Below are positions 13,233 to 26,870 of a stretch of 64,000 nt of DNA, piece after piece. The DNA is taken from positions 13,700,543 through 13,764,542 of the forward strand of contig NC_057749.1 of assembly GCF_004010195.1 (NCBI RefSeq). Reading direction: 5' to 3'. The notes beneath the pieces were generated by a model, which made no database searches, was not told the DNA's origin, and saw only the letters and a list, made by a program, of their open reading frames with translations. This DNA comes from Chiloscyllium plagiosum (taxonomy: Eukaryota). Position 1 is the stretch's first letter; each line of letters starts with the position of its first letter. The position numbers and the translations under genes were made by a program.

Positions 13233-14200
13233 TTTACACTGAGACTGGTTAGATATCTATTGGTTCGCAATTTTGCGAATATATAGGTACACTAAAGACT
13301 GGTTTAACTAACTTGTGCTTAAACTCTCTACCTGGCTAACTGAGGTGCATCCCTGAGAGGGAGAATGTGCACTTGCGTATTAATCATGTGAAATTGTATC
13401 TGTGATTTTATATGAAGTTTCAAATACGATGATGGACAATGAGCTGACCAAAAAGAAACCTAGTGAGGCAAAGATTTATAGGTGAGCTGGTATGAGTTTT
13501 ATACTTGAACTATTGACAGGCCACCTGACAAAGTGATTGGATTAAAATCATCACTGTTTGGTTCTATGATTCTTATGGCCACAGAGGCACATACGTAAAA
13601 GGCATCATAAAGATTGGGATTAGGAAGGCAAGTTGATTTTTCCATTCTTAGCTAACAGACACAAATTCAATCCTTTTTCCTTACTCACCCAACAGAATCA
13701 CAGAAGAGATTGGTTAACTCAGTATGGATTAAGGGTCACAACAAAAACACAGCACATTTACCCATAGAGCTGGCCATGAAGTAACTTGGGTGAACATCAG
13801 AGATTGCTTTTTGGGAAAAAGTGTTGGACAAAAATAAGTAATATGGACATTATATAAGAGTTTACCTTCACACAATGTGTAAAACAGAAAGGAGGAATTT
13901 GTGTACAGCAGAAAATTAAAGTTACAGAAAAACAAATGGATTTTTTTCAGGGTTTCTTATGCCAGGAATTGAATTGGCAAAGCAAATGGATTTAGTGCAG
14001 CATTGCAGAAAGCAAGGAAGTAATGAGTGAAAGATGTGCTTCAGGGTAAATTGGGAATGAAACAGATACCAGAGGGAATGCTGTACAGGCTCTGACTGAC
14101 TGTACAAGGCTGGGCAGGGAGGTAAGTAAGTGTATAATAGAATAAGATATCTACTATTGCGTTTATTTCACTCCTCCTAAAACACAGTCAGTGCTCTCAC

Positions 14201-14433
14201 CTGATGAGATCCTGAACCCTGCTGATGCAGAGCTCACTCTGTGAAAGGTTATATTTTGTTTCTTGCCCAGATTTCTTAGGTGTCCCAGGATGGCTGTTGG
14301 CCTCAGGAAGATGGTTGGCCAAGCACCCAAGCACAGTAGCACAGGTGTGCAGGAGCCCTGTGGTCAGCCCTTCAAATACCTGCTTGCTCACACTCTTTCC
14401 AATGATGGCCTCGTCTTCAGCTGGAACAAAAAG
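14201..14433 (-). CDS. SCAPER: SCAPER internal coding exon (LFVPAEDEAIIGKSVSKQVFEGLTTGLLHTCATVLGCL...ISRVQDLI-S), 233 nt
   Basis: Acceptor tttttcag|CTT, donor AG|gtgaga. KQVFEGLTTGLL and RVQDLI match recalled SCAPER. This is the C-terminal half of ORF 14197..14691. Confidence 0.95.
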
Positions 14434-17400
14434 CTGAAAAATCGGGGAAAAATAGCAAAGCATTAGAATAGAACACTCAAATTCAATCAGGGCTTTCAGG
14501 CATGCAAATTGAACATTTCTACAATGTAAAAGCACTTGTACACATCCTTGGATTTTTGCCCCTGATTTGAGAAAACAAGCTTTGTCCTCCACTCTTTCTC
14601 TAACACTGATGAGTTTCTTAGCATAATATACATATCCAAAGTACAAATGTGCTTTGCCTGTGTTTACTCGCCTTTCTGCAATTGTATTCATTCTTTCACA
14701 CTGTTGAATATAGCTTTTGAGGAGAGAATGGTTTCATTACTTAAATTTGAAATCAAAACATCAAATATTTTAAAGAAATGTGAATTACATTTTCCCATTT
14801 ACTTACAATATGAAACTGAGATTTTCAATGCACTAGCAGAACCAGCAAACTTCATTCCACCACTGAAGGTTATGCAAAAGACTATCTAAGCCCCAAACTC
14901 TAACATCCTTTGTTTTTCTATATCTTTGGGGTGTTTCTTGATCCCCATTCTTTGTCACCACAATATCTCCTTATGTGGCTTAGTATCAAACATTTGATAA
15001 TGTACTTGCAAAATATCTGAGGACATTTTTAAACCAAGGTTAATTGCTAAATTCACATTGTTAAAGGTGCTATACAAATGCAAGTTATTATTTTGCACAT
15101 TTGATAATTCTTCCTCAATGTGAAAGGTCTGATATATCCTCGTGCAGATCTCACTGCCAGCATGTATCCTAGGTCCTTGGTTTACCATCAGAACTCTCTG
15201 CTCCATGGATCTAACCAAGATGCAGAGCGCAGCATTTCCAGGTCCTTCTAGGTGGCACCCCTTTCAGGAACAAGTCACAATGCAAAAGGACCTTTCACCA
15301 ATCTCTAACCATCAGACTTTTGAAGTCTGATGATCATTTCATAGATAATTGCTGATTTTGCTGTTCAGCAGAGACTAAGATTTTTCAGGGGCCTCTCAGG
15401 GATCATGCCATGTCGTTTATGCATAAAACATCTTATTTTTGAATTTCATAAAGTACATATGGTGATGGATAGAAATCTGACCAAAAAGAAACCTAACGTG
15501 GCAATAGTTTTTATATGAGCTAGCATGAGTTTTATGTTTTTGCATCTGTTGTTGATAGACCACCTGACCAAGTGAGATTGTTAAAATTACCACTAATTCA
15601 GGTACATTTGTGATTCACAACTTATAATTCTTAAAATACTTAATCAGAAATTTGAATGCATGATAATAGAGCTTCAACATCAAACTCTCCCAAGAACTTA
15701 CCTATGATAAAGTTGTGATGAAAATGATGCATAGCTCTTTTCTTTTCCCTAAAATAACTTACCATGGAGCCTCAGCCATTTCTTCAATGTTTCCATTTTG
15801 TTTATGTACTTTGATTCCATATCTCAACAGCTGCTCTGTCGTAATGTCTTTTCCTCCCTTTGCAGCTGAATGCAACTTTTTGGTTAGTTTTCACTTTTAA
15901 ACACACCATCTTAAAATGTTTTCTTTCTTCTCCTCCTTCAACAAGTTCTCTTATTTCTCTTTCAAATACTAAACCTTTCTTTTTGTGTTCCACCCCCGCC
16001 TCCTCCTGATTTCAGTAGAAACCACCTTGCCTTTCCTTAAGCTTGGTTAATCTTTCCTCAATTTTGTTTTGACCTTTTGTGACTTCCCTTGTATACTCCA
16101 TTGGCTCTTCTGTACATGAGCTACTGTGTCAATATCCACTGGTCAGAAATAGAACAGCTAGTTCAATAATGTGCAGCTCAAAAAACCAAATTGTAAAATC
16201 CTCAGAATGCTAAATTGCCAGAGTATTACCCACCTTTTTGGTCAATTAGACACTTTGAACTTAGGGAATCAAACCTTTTTCACAAAACCAAAATGCCTAT
16301 TTGGTCTTAAATATGGACCACAATTCCTTTACATTAATCTTTTGCTGTGCCAAGTTCAATTGATGCTCCTAAAAGTTTATTTTTCCATTCCATGAATAAA
16401 ATGATGTGATGACACTTGAAAATACTCAGAAAGTACTCTATTAGCTGTAACGCACTTTGGGATGCCTGAAGTTGTGAAAAGCATGATATGGATATTCGTC
16501 CTTCTCTCTTTGATGTCAATTAAATATCTGCTGCCTACTTCAAATATAAAGGTGTATTTTTTATAATCTAATATTCTTTTCCCTCTGTTTAAGGACATCC
16601 TTGTGAAGTGCTTTGGGATGGTACACTGTTAAAGGTGCTACATAAAGGCAAATTCTTGTTGTGCAAGGTTCTTATCCTGTTTGGGGTCAAGTCTTCTACT
16701 TTTGAACAGATTTATCAGCCACTTCAAAGAACAGTTTTATTTAAGGCCAAAGTTCACTGTTTTTCAGCCTATCGATTATAACCAAGTATCTTCACTGTGA
16801 GTTGTCTGATTCGGTTAAATCTGCTTTTCAATAAATTATTCAAGTACAAAGTGGATCATATCACAGGCCAATTCTATCCTCACTCGGTGTGCAGAGACAA
16901 ATATCCCAAAAATCACTTCACAGTGATCAAAAACCTGAACTGGAGTATTTTTCCCTCTCCAGTCAAGGCACACTGACAGCAATATTCTGCATCTTGCAGA
17001 TGGTTCATAGCAATGGCACCACGTGTCAATGTCATAACAAATCCTACTGAAGGTGTTCTAAGTCCTCTTCCCATTAAACATTTCCAGTGGGGTTTCTTAA
17101 AGCCGCATTATTCATTGCTAAACACACTGAAAAAAGTTTTAGTTCATTATTACCAAGCATCTTTCAAATCTGTAGCTAGTTGGGTTTGCAATCAATTGCT
17201 GACAAAATTACAAATGTGAAACTTTAAATCGTCTATTACCATGGGAATATAGCCAACAGATATCATAATCTACATCAAGGTTGTCAAGCTCGTTTTCACC
17301 ATTCTTTACACTGAGTTGTAAGACATATCACTTAAGGTGCTTGATTCTTATTCTCAGACGCTTTAATGTAATTTCTCTCCATTCCTCTTTTATGGTCTTA

Positions 17401-18928
17401 GTAAGGTAGAGACTCTTCTCTGTCGTACACAATGAGAAGCATCTGTTGCAAAAGTATACAAATCCTTTATGTTTAGGATGATAAGCCAGCTGCAAACCCT
17501 CCTTTAACATTTTATGATCTGTGCTTCATCTTAATGGTTTCACCCTTTAGCTGAAAGGGGGTGGGGAATAAAAGGTATCTTAAAAGGCCAATGCGGGAGA
17601 GTAAGATGAAGCACTTGAATTGTCAAGCACTTATCCTTTATGTACATAACAGTAAGACTTGAAAGGAGAAATATTTTTAAAAATGTATGTATGGACTCCA
17701 AACTATGCAGAATGCAGCAGTTAATTGCAAAGACATACAAAATGAAGATTCTACTGACCAATATATGTGAAACACATGTATGTGCTTTCAGGAAAGATTG
17801 ATTTTCACAACTCTATTTGGCAACTTTACTGCTGACTGCTTTTGCAAAGACATGATACAGAACACATTTTTCCTTACAGTGATGCTTCTCTTTAAATGTT
17901 CACTCACTGAAGGATTACTTAAGGGTTGAATTCTTGCTAATAAATGGAAACAAGAATACTGTTCGACTTAACTTTGGATAAGCTGTATGCTATTATACAA
18001 AATTATCTAATTGTCTTTTAAAAATTACATACTTGCAACATTTGTAAAGAAACCACATTTCTCTGTCAATCAATCCCGTTTGTCCTTCATGACACTTCTA
18101 TTTTGTGAACTTGCTCACTAGATCCCTTATGCCTTTCATGCCCTTGCTCTCAGTAAATCCCTCATGGTCTCCCAGCCCAGACATTCCCTTAGTGTAATCC
18201 CTACATTCATTTCCTTGAATCTGAATGTCACACATTGGAGAACGTTTAGCGTTGTGGTATAGATTTGGATTAACACATCAAGCTCAAGCTCTCTTCCTCC
18301 ATAGCTAACTGCCTCCTCAGATCCCTATCTTGCACCACTCCATCAATACCTAAACCACCAATACCAAGTGCAACAATCACTTGGATCTCTTTATTCCTAA
18401 GATTAACATGGATTCAGTAATTTCTGGCACCATCACCTTTACTGTATGCCTTATATTTCACCGTCTACTCTACAATTACTGCCCATCTTCCTCTGGGCTC
18501 TCTTCTTGCCGATCTCTTTCATCCATATTCTTGCTTTTTGTCATGTCTAGTTTCATTTCTCCAACAATTTACTCGTCTCCCATGCTCCAGATTTTCCATG
18601 CTCTGACTGCCAAAAAAATCAACTGATCAAACCTTGTGCATTACCTATCACCCATCACTGTTATACTTCATGCTTTACCCTAGTCAACTATTGCTTACAA
18701 TATTACACTGAAAATATGTGTCCTCATGTTCTAATCCATCTTTGACGTTACCACAACCACCCATGTATCCCATCATATCATCTGGTCTTGTGACTCTGGC
18801 TTTAATTGCTATTGCCACTCTTACACTCCACTATTGGTGTTTTTTGTTATCTCGGCTCATTTTCTGGATTCTGTCTCCCTGAACTTTTATCCCTTTCCTT
18901 ATAACTTCTTAGAGCCACCTTTTCCAAC

Positions 18929-19515
18929 AAAACAAAAACAGAAGTTGCTGGAAAAACTCAGCAGGTTTGGCAGCATCTGTGCAGAGAAATTAGAGTTATC
19001 ATTTCGGGTCCAGTGACCCTTCATTAGAACTGATGGTAACTAGGAAAATATTGGTTTATAAGCCAAAGACAGGGTTGGGGGAGAGGGAAAGAGTAAATGA
19101 TAGGTGAGGATAGAGCCCAAAGACAGAAGAGCAGTTGGACAAACAAAGGAGTGGATAACAATCTGGCTAGGTGAGTGAATAGCTGTTAATAGAGATTGTT
19201 AGTAGCTAACAATACCTAATGTCCGATGGCAGAATAAGTGACAACAAGGCCTGGTGTGTGGGGTTGGAGGCTAGAACATGGGAGAGTTCAGGCCCTAAAA
19301 TTATTGAACTCAATATTGAGTTTGGAGGGCCGCAGGGTCCCTAAGTGGAACATGAGGTGTCTTTCTTCCAACTTGCACTGAGTTTCGCTGGAGCACTGCA
19401 GCAAGCCTGAGACAGATGTTGGCCAGGGAACATTGTGGTGTGTTGAAGTGGCAGGCAACTGAAATTTCAAGGCAGAACGTGGGTGTTCTGCTAAGTGGTC
19501 ACCCAGTCTACGCTT
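18929..19515 (-). mobile_element. Penelope-like element 3' fragment (second family)
   Basis: Minus frame GLLQCSSETQCKLEERHLMFHLGTLRPSKLNIEFNNFRA* is a GIY-YIG C-terminus; followed by a degenerate hammerhead-like ctaatgaagggtcactggacccgaaa and terminal repeat. Confidence 0.8.
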
Positions 19516-20639
19516 CTAAGCATCCGGTTCTGCAGTTCCAACAAAACATTTGGGCACTCAACTTAAATACCCCTGGTTTGGCGCCTGCTCTTCTATTAAT
19601 TCCATTAATGAAAAACAATGTATTGACTTTACATTGAAAGTAACTGGCATTTTTCTTTTTAAAAAATGAACTTGTGATTGTTGCAGTGCCTCCTTATTGC
19701 TAGGTTAGTTTAATAATGTCACCAATGCTAATCCCACTGGTTATAAAGGAAAACTTTTGCTAGCACAACAGCTGACCTAGAACCATTTGCTCAAATTAAG
19801 CACTTGGAAAATTCAGAGATTACCCTCAATGCACATCTTGGCTACTGATTCTGCCTCTACTGGCTACTGAATCAGACTGATTCCTATCCAATTCTATATC
19901 TTCTCCAATACAAACCAATACTGTCACCTCTGTAATACGACCTGCATCTGCCTTGGCTCAGCCCAGCTGCTGCCAGAACCCTCATTCAAACACAATGCTT
20001 TAAGGGGAGTAAGATAAACGATGTTTTGGTTGAGGGATTGACTGGGATACTGTTGACAAATATAACAAGTTAAGTTACATTTAAAGTACAGCAGGATGCA
20101 CATTTAAAGTACTGAATTATCAGCATGGAACACAAAATGAATTTGTTTTATGGAACTTCCAACTGGAGCACACTGAAATAGTGTTCAGTGAATTTCCGGG
20201 TCAACCAAGGTGACTTCAAATTCCCTTCTCTATTTCCAACCAGTCACAAGGAAATTATAGTTATGGATGGTGGCTATTGTAGCTTATTTACAAGCTCTAT
20301 CTAATTCAACAAGCAGCTGGATAAAGTACACCACTAATTATTCATCTGCAATGCACTAATAGAGCCAAAGTCAATAAGCAGAATATTCCAAAAGTTTGCA
20401 ACATGGTATCTAGGAAGTGAAGACAAAAATAATATTTGCCTGATTAATACACAAACCAAAGGGAAGAAGTTGTCCAAGTACATTGAACAAAGTAAATACA
20501 AATAAAACAGAAATTATTCATACATATTATTCCATTATCTTACATTCTGTGTTTCGAAACACAAAATTACTAAACAATTATGTAATAAGAAAAATTGGTT
20601 GCAGATTCACAGTCTCCCTTTACTCCCTCACTGCCAACG

Positions 20640-20960
20640 GAATGTGGCAGCAATGCATAACAATGCTTCTTAGGTGGTATTTTTCAAACCTCTGATCCCT
20701 ACCGCCAAGAAAGACAAGGGAAGCAGATGCATGAGAACACTACCAATACTAGTTCACCTCTAAATCACATACCATGCTGACTTAGAACTTCATCACTGTT
20801 CCTTTGCTGCCACTGGGTCAAAGTGCTGGCACTCCTTTCCTAACAGCACTGTGGGCTTTTCTGTACCACATAAGCTGCAAAGTTCATGAACGCAGTTCAC
20901 CAACACCTTCTCGGGTACAATTAGTGACAGGCAATAAATGATGACCAATCATGAACAAAT
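20640..20960 (+). mobile_element. 3' fragment of a second LINE family (CR1/L2 group)
   Basis: Homologous to copies at 29304-29670 (-), 50914-51272 (+) and 4245-4350 (-). Confidence 0.7.
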
Positions 20961-23900
20961 TGTCAGAGAACAAATAAATGATAAAAGAAAGCTCCTTTAG
21001 CATTTCAGAACAATTAGGTCCTTAACAAAGGAACTGGGAAAATGACTTTCACAACTGAATTGTGACAGTAATATTAAATTATAATTTTAATAAAATTAGT
21101 ATTGCTTTATGAGAAATTTCTTATTAGCTAATAATAAACTCCTCCTATGGTAGTCTCACAAGAAAAGCATGTGAGATAATGCTGCTTTTTATCTCCTTTA
21201 AGTCAGGGAACCAGGATACTTAAGGTTTTTAAAAAAATGTTTCAGAGCTAAACATGAAAAACATATTGTGTCTAAATCTATCAAATCGACTTGTGCAAAA
21301 ACTATAGACAGACTGCTAGAAATAGTCAAAATTTTTGTTAAGGTACAGGATCACAACATCCTCAAAAAGCAAAGTTAAACAATCATGGTCAAGCTAAGAG
21401 AAGGTTTATCCAAGTGCAAAGTAAATCCAGCAGATTAGGATAGCTAATAAATCGAAAAAGGAATCCAGGAAAATTCTCTTTACTCAAAGATCAATTAAAA
21501 TGTAATACTCATTTGCAGAAGTGCAGTCGATGTGTATAAAATAGATGCATTTATTGGAAAATTAAATAAACACATAATTGTTTATTTGTTCCTTTCTCAA
21601 TCTGGTAAAGTTAAATAAAATAGGATTGGGAGAGAAATGAATGCATAAACGCTAGCATGGAACTGTCGGGCTGAATGGCCTCTGTGCAGTAACGTCTTCA
21701 TAAATCTATGAAGAAGTTAGCTACTTGAAGCTTGTTGTTCAGCATTTAGCACTCATGTGAGTTCTGTCACCGATGAAGTGCTGAAGGATGGCCTCCTCAT
21801 GTGTAATTAGGCATTAAGTACGTGTACTAGTTCAGTCACTGGGGAAAAATGTTTTGGCTGAACCACCAGCAGGTCCATAGTTTTCAATCCATTTAATTAA
21901 AAGTCTAATGTCTGAAACAGTTCTTACCAGCTATAGTGATCTTGATAGTGAACTAAATAAGAAGATTCCAGACTGAGCTGAAATTCCTTCCTTTCTGTAT
22001 CAGCTAACGATCTTTGAAGTTACATTTAATTTATTCAGCATGTATTAAAGTTACAGTGCCCTGTTTGCTTTTTGGTGCCAGCTTTTCCGGTTAATTATTC
22101 AATGTATGGACATAGTTTTCCAATTAAACTACAGTTCAATTCTGGAAATTACACAGCAGACTTTCAAGTGAAGTTTCTTTCTAATTTAAACATTCTTGAC
22201 TAAACATGTTTTGATTCTCTATAAAAATGATTGCAAGCATCATTCATATATACAACTTGTAGCAGGCTGGTCAGGCCAACTGAATTCAACTCTTGCTCTT
22301 ACCTCCATAAAGCCAATTCCATCGCCTCTCCTCCAATCATATTCAATTAAAAGACAGCCAAACTAAAATTAATCCCATTATCTGCAATTGCTTTACTTCT
22401 CCTCTTTCCCTCAAGCCATTGACCCTGCATGATTCCACCTCCCAGGACCTTGGCTAAATAAGTCTGTTATCATAATGTGAGCTGAAACCAAACACAGGGT
22501 GACTATTCAAATGTAACACATTCTGTCCACATCTCTTTCCTTCTAGAATAGGGAACTTAGCAAAATGAAAGCAGGCTTCTTGCTCATTTCCCTCTTTCAC
22601 CAGTCGTCCAAGGTCATTTGCAGCTGCCTAATCGAGAGCAATTAAATCACCTTAGACTGTTATTACAATCTGGTCTTTGTATAAACTTGATAGTATTCTT
22701 ACTCATCAGTTCCATGGGAAATTCTACTGATTGAGACCACCGGTTCTTGACTCTAGTACAATTCAAGTATATTTTTAATTACATTTAACATGTTTAGCTT
22801 TCTTATTGAAAAGAATTACAACAGATCAGCTCTTAGGAACAATCTCAGTACAGACGACCATTTACAGGTACAGTACTCTCAAACCCGACTTCCCAAACTG
22901 GTTACAGAAATATTTTACAGAATTATAAATGCAGAATTGAATACATTTCAACTCCCACCGGATAACTTAACATATGGCCCTTTTCTTACATCAATACCAT
23001 ATTATTTGCTCTATGCCCTACATCTTAACAGTGACTGCACATCAAAAAGCAATTCATTGTCTGCAAAGTGCTTTAGAACATCTTAAAATCAGGAAAGGTG
23101 CTATATAAATGCAACACATTGCTCCCATAAGAGCCAAAAAGATGTCAGGTTTATTTACTAGTCTCCAAAGAGTGAGCGGACCTCAGCTCGGGGAGCAATG
23201 AAGGTGCTTCGTTTTGTCAGAGAACTTGGGTTATGCAAGGGATGAGAGCTAGGGCTTTCCGATGGCTAACTGCTTTCAGGAAAATGAAGCTTTTTTGAAT
23301 GCTTTTGTAACAGCCTCATCTGCCAGCACAGCAACCAAAGAATAGCCTAACGCTCATTATGGATTACGGACAGGAGCAATGACTGAGACATGGATGGAAT
23401 GTTAGAGGTGACCAGGACCCATGAAACAGCTTCCTTGCAAGAAGCAGTAGCTTTGTGAAATAGGACAGAAAATCAAGTGAATAAACACAACTTCTTAGCT
23501 TTTGTTGAACAAATTTCCAAACTGAAATATTCCTATAGAAAACACTCAAAGCGTCTTACATAGAATACAACAGAAATTTTAATTCCTGAGCAAGGGGAAT
23601 AGAAAATATTTCACAGTCAGAGATGAAAAGTTATACGTGGTGTGAGAAACCACTGCTTCCACAGAGACATTCATCATAAACAGTACATTGTGATTAACAG
23701 CAGTATAAAATATATTAAACAATTGATATTAAATGATATTAAACAATTGGGGGAATACATACTTTATTGCATTAGGAAAAGTAATCCTTTAGCAATAATA
23801 ACATTTCATTTCTGCGAGTTTAACCCATTGCCATCTGGGTACATCATCCATGAATGTGGAATCATTGGTTCAGGTACACTGCTATAAATGGATATTTTAT

Positions 23901-24279
23901 ACAGTTAAATAAACAAGAACTTAAAAAATGTGACTGTTAACTCTTCGAATTGCCTTTTCAGCAATGAATCATTGAGACATGGAAATCACAGCTATGATAC
24001 TAGCGTGCTAACTGCTTTCAGTCACGTCAGCAGTAAGCTGTCATTACAATGGGCTCAACATTCCGAGACTAAGGAAAGAAAAAAAATGCAGCTTGGGCTC
24101 TTATTTCTGACCTCTGTACTGTGACACGCTGCTTTCAGCTGTGTAACCTCAGTCTTTCAAATGGCAGCCACCACTTAACATCCAGGCTCACACTTAAAGA
24201 ATATAGTTCAGGAAGGCTGATGATGCCTTTAGAACTGCACCCTAAGAGGAAGTGGGCAATAACATGGGAAATTGAGGCA

Positions 24280-24408
24280 AAATCTGTGGCAGCATCTGTA
24301 AAGAGAAATCTGAGTTAATGTTTCAGGTCCAGTGACCCTTTCTCTGAGGAAGGGTCACCAGACCTGAAAAATTAACTCTGATTTCTCTTCACTGATGCTG
24401 CCAGATTT
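24280..24408. mobile_element. Short palindromic Penelope-derived element
   Basis: ggcagcatc...gagttaatgtttcaggtccagtgaccctt / gaagggtcaccagacctgaaaaattaactc...gatgctgcc arms; same sequence as the terminus of the 18929-19515 element. Confidence 0.8.
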
Positions 24409-25745
24409 GATGCAGAGAAGTTGAACATGCAGTAATTGGATTATGCAAATTTTATTCTTTATATGTTAAATCATTTCCCTATTCCAATGATTTAAATAAT
24501 GCTTATTTTGCAACAATAATTTTTAAGTAATAATTATTTGAGTATTTTGATCATCACATGCTGCTCGTTTTTGTAATTCTGATTTCTTTGCAAACAATCA
24601 AGCAGCTTATTGAACATGGTAGGATTTCTTTTGCTCAATAATCTAGCACCAGACTCTCACCTCCACATTCCCTCAAAGAGGTCTGCAGTGAAAGAATATT
24701 TCCATTAAATGACGGAGCAAGAAATTTAAATTTAGAATCTAACCTGTCTAGGAGGAAACTGACAGGGTAGGATCAGCTACTTGTTTCACACTTCATGCTA
24801 TTCTACTTTCTGATCCTATTCCTTCCCTGCTGGACAGGTTAGGCTAAAATTGGTATAAAGCCTGTATGAATGAAAAGAGAATGAATTTTGCAAATCTGAG
24901 TAGGCAGCAAGGGACACCAGTCAAACATTTAATTGGCAATAGCTTTCTGAGAGCCAATGGGAACATGGGAAATAGAAGATCACATTGGTGCAACAGTGGT
25001 CCTCCATTGAGACTACATTGTTAGGCCCAAAGTGGAGAGAACTTTAGCCTACACCTAATTGTGCTACCTGTAATCTGGAAATAATTAATGCAGGTGCTGA
25101 GTATCTATAAAACTAGATAACTCATATTGAAGGCAAAACCTATCACCTCTGCACTTGCTGAACCACATAACTCTTTGCATCATTATTTTAAAACTTTCAT
25201 CTTTACCTTCACTTTCCCCCACTATTTCACCCTTCCCTACCTCTTTAACCTTGAGTCTTAAAACCCTCAGCCATTTTAATATTGTACTCCAAAACTACCT
25301 CCCTAAACACTTGCATGTTCAAAAGTCTCAAAACCTACTTCCATGTCTCAGTCACCTCTTCCCATTCTCCTCCTGCTGCTCACAATCCATTTATAGCCTT
25401 GGCATAACCCAATCAAATAATTTACAATGTTAAAAGTGTTGTATAATTAAAAGATATCCGTAATATTGTACTATTCTTATGCTCTCTATGCTCAGACACA
25501 CAACATATAAAGAGATTGGCAGGCAAGTCAAAAATATAACAATATCTGGGATGAAGAAGGTCAAATGCCTGGAATATGACATTTTTACAGAAATAACCAA
25601 GGCAAGTTAAATCAAAAACAGAAAATACATGCTCCATTAAACATACTGGTTCCCAGCTACATGGATGAAAACAACAGCTTTTAAGCATCTTTATAAGAAC
25701 ACAAAAGTATATCAATGGCAGGTACGTGCAGGTACTGACTCCTAC

Positions 25746-25869
25746 CGTCAATTGATGCATCAGCAGTTCCATTAAAAAGGTGATCTTGTTACTGAACAGA
25801 ACATAGAAGCAGTTGTCATAGCAGCCACGACAGGCAAAGCAGTATGCATTAATCACATTGCACAGGGAT
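25746..25869 (-). CDS. SCAPER: SCAPER internal coding exon (SLCNVINAYCFACRGCYDNCFYVLFSNKITFLMELLMHQLT), 124 nt
   Basis: Acceptor ttttctttttgcag|A, donor ACG|gtagga; 1+123 nt keeps frame with both neighbours. VLFSNKITFLMxLLxHQLT is characteristic of SCAPER. Confidence 0.95.
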
Positions 25870-26299
25870 CTGCAAAAAGAAAAAGTCAGTTGAGCTTGTA
25901 TTTGCTTCAAGACAATATCACAAGGCGATATTTGATTGTTAAAATATGAGCTGTATTAGTAAGACTTTTGTCCCACTCCATACCTCTCTCCCTCAACACT
26001 CTTCCCATCTCTCCTACAGTTGCTTGAAGCTTGCTGGGAAGTACTTCCATGGGTATCATTTAATTGTTCACTGTGTACTTCAGCCTAACCTAAATGTCTT
26101 TGGAAGCTTTATGATCAAGAAAGCATTAGTTCAGGCCAATTCTTGTTTGTATCTGACTTGGCAGAAATTATTGGATATCCATCTCGCCATGAATTAGATT
26201 CTGAGCTTTTATTTTCTCTGAACCTTCTTGATACCACCCCTCAGCCTAAAGTTCTCAGAAGTCAAGCCAGTGGTAGAATCTGTTATTTCCATGATTTAA

Positions 26300-26870
26300 T
26301 ATCCTTCATTAGTCAGAACATCAAGTATAGGAATTGGGATGTCATGTTGCTGTTATACAGGACATTGAGACCACTTGTAGAATACGGCGTACAATTCTGG
26401 AAAGATGCTGCTAAACTTGAGAGAGTGCAAAAAAGATTTACAAGAATGTTGCTGTGATTGGAAGACTTGGGTTATAAGGAAAGGCTGAATAGGCTGGGGC
26501 ATTTTTTCCTGGAGCTGTGGAGGCTGAAAGGTGACCTGAAGAGGTTTATAAAATCAGGAGAGGCATGGATAGGTGGAATAGCCAAGGCCTTTGCCAAGGG
26601 TGGGGAAAGCCCAAAACAGAGGGCATAAGAGGGGAAAGATTTAAAAAAGGATCTGAAAGCAGAGAGGAGCGGGGAAATGAGCTGTCAGAGGACGTAGTGG
26701 AGGCACGCACTGTTACAACATTTAAAATGCTGGATGAGTATATGAATAGGAAGACTTTAAAGGGATTTGGGCCAAATGTTGGCAATTGGGACTCTGTCAG
26801 ATTGGGATGTCTGGTCAGCGTGGATGAGTTGGACCCAAAGGGTCTGTTTCCATGTTGTATGACTCTATGA
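26300..26870 (+). mobile_element. CR1 LINE 3' fragment
   Basis: DVMLLLYRTL, KLERVQKRFTRML motifs and a tgtatgactctatga tail. Confidence 0.9.

Noticed and set aside
13430..13556. C/D-box snoRNA (GTGATGA on the minus strand)
   Set aside because: No terminal CTGA box or stem, and the C box is absent from the paralogous copy.
1..14200. Next SCAPER exon (YVVNMGLIDKL-like)
   Set aside because: Searched by eye on the minus strand and not found; probably outside the window.
14434..14691. N-terminal half of the 164-aa minus ORF
   Set aside because: It lies upstream of the splice acceptor and is intronic read-through.
25422..25745. C-terminal extension of the 162-aa minus ORF
   Set aside because: It lies beyond the donor site; SCAPER similarity ends at HQLT.
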